This document shows positions 39,201-48,200 of a stretch of 61,312 nt of DNA, one piece after another (position 1 is the stretch's first letter; each line of letters starts with the position of its first letter). The notes below the pieces were generated by a model, which worked only from the letters and a program-made list of their open reading frames with translations, ran no database searches and had not been told where the DNA came from. The translations under genes were made by a program, and so were the position numbers. The stretch is from positions 1-61,312 of the IMG/VR virus record IMGVR_UViG_3300025093_000022; one strand, given 5' to 3'. Origin of the DNA: a virus. Its lineage: Duplodnaviria > Caudoviricetes.

Positions 39201-42200
39201 ACGGTACAGATTATATTACTGAAAGAAGAGTTGTTCCTATTGTTGATGGGGCCGATAATATAAATAGAAACATTGAAGAGTTAGCTAAAGCTAGAAAAGA
39301 GATTAGAAAACATCTCCAAGATAACCCATCTTATTCAGTAAAAGTAGTTTCTAAAACTGCTGGTCAAATAAGAGTTAAAGCTAATGAGAAGTATGATGCT
39401 AAGTTAACTGATGTAGTACAAGATGATACTAGACCAGAATTACTTGTTATTAAAGATGGTACTATTTATCATAAAGATCAACCATTAGAAGATTCTCCAC
39501 TAGCAGATAAACTAGTATTTAATCCAGAAGATGTTTACACTTTAGAAGATTCATTTGCTGAAGAGTTTAATGGTGCAACAATGATTGCTGTACCTGGAGC
39601 TAATGGACAATATGTTGTTTCGTTAGTTAGAAATGGTTCTATTCAAGAGGCTGATGCTAAAGTTAAAGATACTGTATTAGAAGTATTAAATGCTTATGTA
39701 GCTAATGATACTGAAGCTTTAGCTGAGTTTGGTTTAGCTGATAGTAAAACAGGCGAAGTATATCCAGAGTTAGTTTCTGAATATATTAATAACTTTATTT
39801 ATACAACATCAGATGTAGATAGTCCACATTATATGTTCTTAGGGTTAAATTCTAAAGGAAACCCTCAAATAAGATTTACACATAAACCTGGGGAAAAACC
39901 AACAATACTTGAAGGTAATACAGAGGCACCAGAATACAAATTTCTTGAAGAGAGAATTGATGGTTCATTAATATCTACTAACCTTAGATCACTTAATGAT
40001 AATGTACAACTTACTTTAACCGGTGGGGAAAAAATATCTTACAAAGATTTCATCTATGATAATCTATATGCAAACTTTGTAGGTGAAAAGATTCCAGGTA
40101 CTAATGTAATGTCTTATACAGACAACCCTATTATACTTTTAGATTTAGGTAATCCATTAGATATGACATCTAAACCTAAAGCTAAAAAGAAAGATAGACC
40201 ATCTGAAGGACCACTATTAGATTCGGCTATTGATAAGAAAAAAGATTCTAAAAAAACAGTATCTAAAGATAACCCACTTCTTAAATCTAACTTTAAAAGA
40301 GGTAAGAAATCTCCAAAGAGAGATTACAATCCAGAAGATTTATTTAAAAGTCTTAATCCAATTGTAGATGCTGCTACAGGTAGTTTAGTAATGTCACAAG
40401 ATACTATTGATATTACTATGTCACTAACTAATACTGTTTACGATATTATTAGTTCAGAAGAAAAGATTTCTGTTAGTGAAGCATTTAAACAATTAGAAGC
40501 CGCACTAGTAGAGTTTAGAGATATGTACGAGAGTCATGGCGATACTGCAGGTGAAAATGCAGTTGAGACAGTTCTTAATAATATGGACTCTTTCAAATTA
40601 TTAGTATCTCAAAAACTTAGAGTTCTTGGTTATAATATTAAAGGTGGTAAAATGTCAGAGATCTTTTTTGAATCTAATAGACAAGAAGCTTTTGACCAAG
40701 CTGAAGAAGAAACTTTATATGGAGATACTCCAGATATTACAAAGTCATTTAATGAAGACGCTATCTTTACAGATAACCCATTAAATAAACTATCTGCTCA
40801 AATCAAAATGAAGTTAGCTACTATTCCAAATGAAGAAGCTAACGTTCTAGGTATGGATAGTTACTATGAGATGGAAACTGTTTACAATGCTTTATTAGAA
40901 ACTTTATCAGATAAACCTGATATGTCTATCAGCCAAATGATAGAAGTTCTTAAATCTAAAGCTGTAGAAAAACCATATCTACTTTATGTTATTAATAACA
41001 TACTAGAAAATCCAGAGATAGATCAAAGTGTTAAATATGCGTTTAACTCTCACTTTAAAATGTCTTACTTAGAGAAAGAGTTAGTTAAAGCTGATAGTGA
41101 AAATGATATAAGAGTAATTGAATCAAATAGAGTTTCACTTACTAATTTAATTTTTGAAACTTGGCTTAATAGAGGTAAACTTCAGAACTTATTAACTGCA
41201 TCTGCAGAAGGAACACAAGTTGTTAATAAAGATTACGTCACTGAAGTAGTTGATCCTTTATGGGAAACAGCTAAAGAAACTAAATCAGTTGAAGATACTC
41301 ACGCTTATTTACAAGCAGTTGGTATAGATATTTCTTTAGATGCTTTAAGAGAGATGGAAAGTAATTCTAAAAATTTAGAAGGGTTTAAAAGAACTACTTG
41401 GAAACAATTGTTTACTCATAAAAATAGAGGTGTCTTTAGAAAGATTAGAGAGGCATTAGATGCTGAATTACCAGACAATGTTCATCCGTTTAAAAATGAA
41501 GGTTATATTAAAAAGATTGCTGGAGTTCAAGCTAAATACGCTAGTGACATAGCAACCAAATCTTATCGTGATGTAGAAGGTAAATCAAACTATAGTTATG
41601 TATTACCAACTTGGATTACTGATAGATTTAGTAGACTTAAAAATAATAAAGGTCTTATTAATAAATTACAAAAGATTCCTTTTCTAGAAAGATCTTGGTA
41701 TTTAACAATGCTAAAGACAGATGAAAAGTTTAGAGAAGTTTTTGATTTAAAAGTAATAGACTCTATTAAGTTTAAAGGAAGAGATGGTCAAAAGTTTAAT
41801 AAGCTTACTAAAAAAGAACAACTAATTGCTCAGATTGGTTTCTTTGCAAATAGTAATCAAGGTAAACCTGGTAAAAGAATTGGTAAGTTCTTTGTTTCTA
41901 AATCAGATAAGAGTAACGTACATGTACTTACAGCTCTTAGACATAACACAACTAGTACTCCAGAACAGATCAGAGATAACAAATGGTCTGAAGAAGATAA
42001 AAGACAAATACTAGATAATATTATTGGTAGTGAGTATTCTAGAATTAAAGACGCTCAAGAGAGAAGAGATGCTGGTGTAAACTTTGGTGACATTAAAGGA
42101 TATAATCCATTTATATTTTACACATTCCCGGAGTTAAATGATCTAGATTCTATTAAAGATGAAGATGGTAATCTATTAGACTTTGAAGATGCTAGAGATA

Positions 42201-45200
42201 CTATGTGGAAAGCTATTTCTCAACCTCAAGAAGACGGAACTCCATCTACATTAAAACAAATACATACTTCAACAAAAGCTGAACTTGAGAAATACGGTAT
42301 CATTGAAAATAACAAACTAAAATATGTAGATAGAGTTTATAAAGGACAAAATCGTACAGGTAATGTAGACTACTTTATAAGAGATTATACTCTTAACTAC
42401 ATGATAGCTACGTTTAACTATTCTCAATTATTTCAAAGTGATGTAGCGTTTGCTGCTAAAAAGAATAAAGGAGTAGATGTTGCTTATGCTAATATGTTTA
42501 AACGTCTAGCTAAAGATATGGCTCCGGCTGTAAGAAGTGCTACATCTGTATCTGCAGATTATAATCATTATAATCAAATAGTATTAGCAGATGCTTTTAA
42601 CTCATCTAATAATATAGATCAGCTTAGAGAAATGTTCCCAGATTTAGTTCCTGATTATTCAGGTATAGAGGGAACAGATGCTCAAGAGGTAACACTATTA
42701 TCTGAACATATTAATGTTATGTATCATCATGGTAAAATTACTGATGAGCAATATAATAAGTTTTATCCTAAAGCTGTTAAAGGTGAGTATTACACACCTG
42801 CTGAACTTGAAGAACTTATTGATATAATTAAAAATGCACACAAACCAGTATATGTTACTAATAAATATATGCCGGAATATGGTGCAGAAGTTCCAGTTTA
42901 TTTAAAATCATCATCTTTCCCATTAGTACCACAATTAGTTGAAGGTACTGCTTTTGAAACATTAGAGAGATTGATGAGAACTAACACTAGAAAGATTGGT
43001 AATAAAAATATGCCAATGCCTATTCATAGAGCTATCTTTGAATCAGGAGCTAAACTAGGAGCTTTCAAAACAATTGATGCTTGGAATAAAGCCACTAATC
43101 CAGAAGGAGACTTTATTACTTATAAAGATAAAGCTATTACTGATGGTACTTTTAATGAAGAGGCTATCAAAGAAGCTCTTAAAAATAATAACTACTTAAC
43201 ATTAGATAGAGCTGGTTTTGGTATTCAGCAAGATGTTCCATTTGATGAATCTAAAGATAAAATTCCAGAAGGTTCACAGTTAATGAAACTTATTCAAACT
43301 GGTATTGAAGATCCTACTGTAGTTGAAGAGTTTAATCAATTACATATTGATATAACAGAAAAAGCTTTTCAAAATCTATTAGATGAATTAGGTGCTACAG
43401 ATAATGGAGATGGTACTTATTCTGGATTAGATCTTAAAAAATTAAGAACACTTCTTAAAGAAGAACTCATTGATAGAGGTTCTTATACAGAAAATGATTT
43501 AGTAGCTTTAGATATTCAAGAAGATGGTAAAGGTAATTTACAATTTTCTACACCACTATGGGCTACTCCTAAATCAGTGCAGTTTGAATCATTACTTAAC
43601 TCTATAATTAATAAGAGAGTTATTAAACAAAAGATGCCTGGTAAATCTTATGTACTAGCTACAGAAGAAGGTTGGCAAGGGTTTACTTCTGATATTGAAA
43701 GAATTACTAGCGGTCTTAAAGGAACTAAATATAATCCTAAAACTGGACTTAAACCACAACGTATTGGTTATCTTAATGAAGAGACTAATGAAAAACAAGA
43801 GAGAGAATATATTTTAAACCTCATTAAAAAGGAAAAAGATATTTCTAAACTTTCGGAGGAAAAAATTTCTGAATTAATAAAAACTAAAGCTAAAAAATTA
43901 GGTTTTAAAGAAGTTGTATTCCCTGCTCAAGTATTAATGACTAAAGGTAAGTGGAATCAAAAACAAATGGTTGGGTATCGTATTCCAACTCAGGGATTAA
44001 ATTCAATGTCTGCTATGGAGGTAGTAGGTTACTTGCCTGATTATATGGCTGACCTTATTATAGCTCCAAAAGATTTCGTTACTCAAATGGGATCTGACTT
44101 TGATATTGATAAACTATATGTACATAGATGGCACGAAACTAGAGCTGGTAGAAAAGTTTCTAAACAATCAGTACAAACTGGTTGGGAATATTATTTAGAG
44201 TCTAGAGAGAAACAAGAGTTTCAAGCTGAAAGTCAAGTTAAACAATTAGCTAAAGTAACAGCGTTCCTGAACAATACTTTTGATAAAGTAGATCTTGAAG
44301 TTTCTGAAGAAGATGTTAGAGAGATATATGATAAAGTTGTTACTAAAACTTTAACTGAAGAAGATTATAAAGCTCTCCATGAGAAAAAACAAAAACAAAA
44401 TCGTATCATGGATATTTATTGGGAAACACTTACCAATAAAAATAATCTTAAAGATGTATTAAAGCCGTTAGACTTTGGTAATCTGCCAGAGGTTGTTAAG
44501 AATATCAAAGCTTCTAAACAACACCACCCTCTATCGCCTATCAGACAAATTAATAACTATCAAAATGGAAATGCCGGTAAGTTTGGGGTATCAGTTACCT
44601 CACTAGCTTCTACCACTAATGCACTTTTACAGGTAGTTAAAAATGTTATTACTTTAAAAACATTTACTGGTAAAGCATATACTCCAGTTAAGTTTAAGTT
44701 TAAAATTAATGGTGAGGTTATAGAAGTAAGTGATCTTAATGGGGAGATGACTCTAGATGGTTCTATGAAAAAGATTGATGTAATATCTGCATTTCAGTCT
44801 GCGTCAGTAGATAATATTAAAGAGCTACTTATTAAAATCATTAATTATAATAAGCATACACATGATGCATTTTTAACATTATCTTATTTAGGTTTAGATG
44901 ATAAGTATATCTCATATTTATTAGCTCAACCTATTATTAAAAAGTATGTTGAAAATAGAGAAGCTTTATCTGGAGGCTTTACAGATATTAATGTTTCTGA
45001 AATTGAAGATGAAGCTTACCGAATGACATTTGAAGAGTTTGGTACTACTAATCCAGTTACTAACTGGAATAAAGCGTTTAGTGAAAAAGCATTAATTACT
45101 GCTTTAAATAATCCTGAAAATTTAGAAAATCAACAAATACTATTAGAGAAGTTTAAAAGACTTTCTGAATCAGGTAAAGAGATTAATGATTTAATCAGAG

Positions 45201-48200
45201 CTTTACAACCTGGTACATCTGGTGTTGGTAAAAATAGAATATCTGCTAATCTTAAACAAGCTAAAGTTGAGGACTTGTTAAATAGTCAAACAATTACTGG
45301 TATAGATGAAATGTTTGGTGATGTTGAAAGATTACAAAACGGAGAGATTAACTTAACTCCTAAAACTATTGCAGGTCAAGGTTACGAGATACTTAAAAGA
45401 TCTAATAACTTATTTAATTCATTATTCTCAATCAATAGTGTAGCTATGAAATTAGCTCAAGCTGTTGCTAATAATAATGATGTTAATGTTAAAGGATTTA
45501 CTGAAAAACAATTAACTCAATTAAGTAAGTTTGTTAAGAGTTATGTATTCAGCGATAAATCTAATATGTATAGTGATGAAACTGCTGTAGCATATAGAAA
45601 TAGATTAATGTTAGGTGAAAACTCTTTAGCTCATAGAGTAGAGAAGTTTAAACAATCTAATCCTAGAAATCCATTATCTCTAGCCATTAGAACGAACATC
45701 AGTAAAATTGAAGGAGTTCCTTCGACTGTTTATTATAATGCATCATCTGCTGAAAGAGGTGATGAGATGAAATACACTATTGCTATTTTACAATTATTAA
45801 ATAGTGAAGTAGCTGATGAAGTAGAGTTAGGAGAAGATCTTATTGCTTATACTTATTTAACAGGTGGTAATCAAGATGCTAAGTCTTTGTTAAAACTTTT
45901 ACCTAATACTTATTTACACTTGGTAAATTTCGGTAAAGATGTGGAAAGTTCTTCGCAGAAGATCGTGAAGGGGGAGGTTGAGATGTACCCTGTAATGAAA
46001 CAGTTGTTTCAACATTTTCCTTACCTGGCTAAGAGTGTGAGTTTAGACGAAGCTGGTACGTTAGAAGAAAATGGTAAACTTATTGTAAATACAAAACAAC
46101 CTAGATTCATTAGTATATCTTTAGATAGAGAAAGTAAACCAGTTGTTTATGAAAAAACTACAGAAAAATCAATAGATGGTATAGTTTACAAACCACTTAA
46201 TCATTTAGGTACTTATGAGTATAGTGAAACTGAATATAATGCTAAAGATCTTTCATCAGTATTAGCTGAAAATAATGTTGGTGAAGATGTTGTTGTTGTA
46301 GAAAGCCAAACTCCACCTAAAAAAGATGAGTCTATTTTAGATCCTAATGTAGCTAACGTAGCTAAGAAAGTAAACCAAACTGCTACTAGATATAGATTAG
46401 GAGAGAAAAATACTAAAGCTGTACTAGATGCTATATCTAATGCTGGTATAAGTGAAGAGAATAAAGCATTAGCTAAATCATTAGCTAGTGCAATTGGTAA
46501 TGTTCCTATTATTCAAACTGAATTACCGCCATATGCTGATGGTATTTATCAAGAAGAGAACAATGCTATTTTAATTAACAATAATCTAAAAGATCCAGTT
46601 GAGTTTGAGAGAGTAGTTTTGCACGAAGCTATGCATGCAGTACTAGCTAATGTAATTAAAAACCCAACCACTAAACAACAGAAAGAGATTATTGATTCGT
46701 TAGAAGCAGTGTTAAAAGTTGCTCAAAAAAATGAATCAGCTTTTAGTTTTAAAAATGGACTTAAAGATTTAGACGAGTTTATTTCTGAATTAATGACTGA
46801 TGTAACATTCCAAAGAGAACTAGCTACATTAGACTTTAATAAAGATATAAACTTACTACAAAGAATCTGGAAATTAATTTCAGATATCTTATCAGAAGTA
46901 ACTGGTGATGTAGTAACTCAAAGTTCTATTGAAGCAGTTGGTGAGCTAATTAAATCTACCTCTCCAACAGTAGTATCTGTTAGTGAATCTACTAATGAGT
47001 TAATAAAAGAGGCTGTTAGTTATAAAGATGTTCCAATTGTTGATTCTACTGATATAATTAATGCGGAAGGTAAAAAGGGTGCTGCTCAATACGATAGAAC
47101 TAATAATAGAATTTTAGTTGATAGATCTTTACTTAAACAAAAGTTTTCAGAACAAGCTTGGACTAATCCAAGAGATTTGATAGAGTCTATTGATGGAGTT
47201 GAAGTAACTTCTACTATGACACCAATGATGGCAGATCAGTTTTTATCTTATAAACAATTTGAAGATTTTGTTATTGCTCATGAATTTGAACATTCTAAAT
47301 ACACTAGAGAAATGCATGAGGCATTAACTTCAGATACCACTAAAGGTCAATATGAAGATGAGATTAATCGTAGAGCATTAGAGTCTTTAGGAATACCGTT
47401 TAAACCAATGCCTAAAAAGGTAACAAAAACTGAAGCTCCTGTAGAAAGCAGTCCTATTGTTTTGAATAAAGAACAACAAGCTGCTGTAGATAATACTGTA
47501 GACTTTATTAAAAATGGTAATCCAAACGAATACTATGTTATAGAGGGTAAAGCTGGTACTGGTAAAACTACTATTGCTGAAAAGATAGCTAAAGAGTTTC
47601 CAGGACAAATTATTAAGTTAGCTGCTTTATCACATAAAGCTAAAGGAGTAATTAGTAAAAAGTTTTCTAAAGCTAAAATACCAGCTACTTCACATAGTAT
47701 TGCTGGTTTATTAGGAATGACATTAGATTTATCTTCAGGTAAATTTAAAGTTGATAGAAACAGATATACACCACCTCCAATAGGTGAAGCAGATATTATA
47801 ATAATTGATGAAGCATCTATGGTTAATGAAGAGGCTTTAGAAATGATTATGCAAGGTAAATCAGCTAAAGCTAAAGTTGTTTTCTTGGGAGATATAGGAC
47901 AATTAAAACCTATTAGATCTGTTAGTAATCCATATTATAAAACAAAGAAACATTTACTAGATAAAAAATCTCCTGTATTTGAATCTACTAATAAGTCTAT
48001 GCTGACTGAAAGAGTTAGACAAGGAGAAGAATCACCTATCTTACCTTATGCTGATAACTATTGGGAAAATTCACAAATTGAAAAACCAGTATTAAATCCA
48101 ACATCACATAAAGAATCTATCTATAGTGATAAAGGTAATTTAGTATTTGCTAATGAATTTAGTGAAATTGAAAAAGAAGTTCTATCTAAATTTAAAGAGG

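Noticed and set aside
45940-46060. Local patch of G/C-ending codons within the RNAP gene (similar patches near 4240-4290 and 52570-52600)
   Set aside because: No overlapping ORF, hairpin or repeat was found to explain it, and significance cannot be judged without computation.
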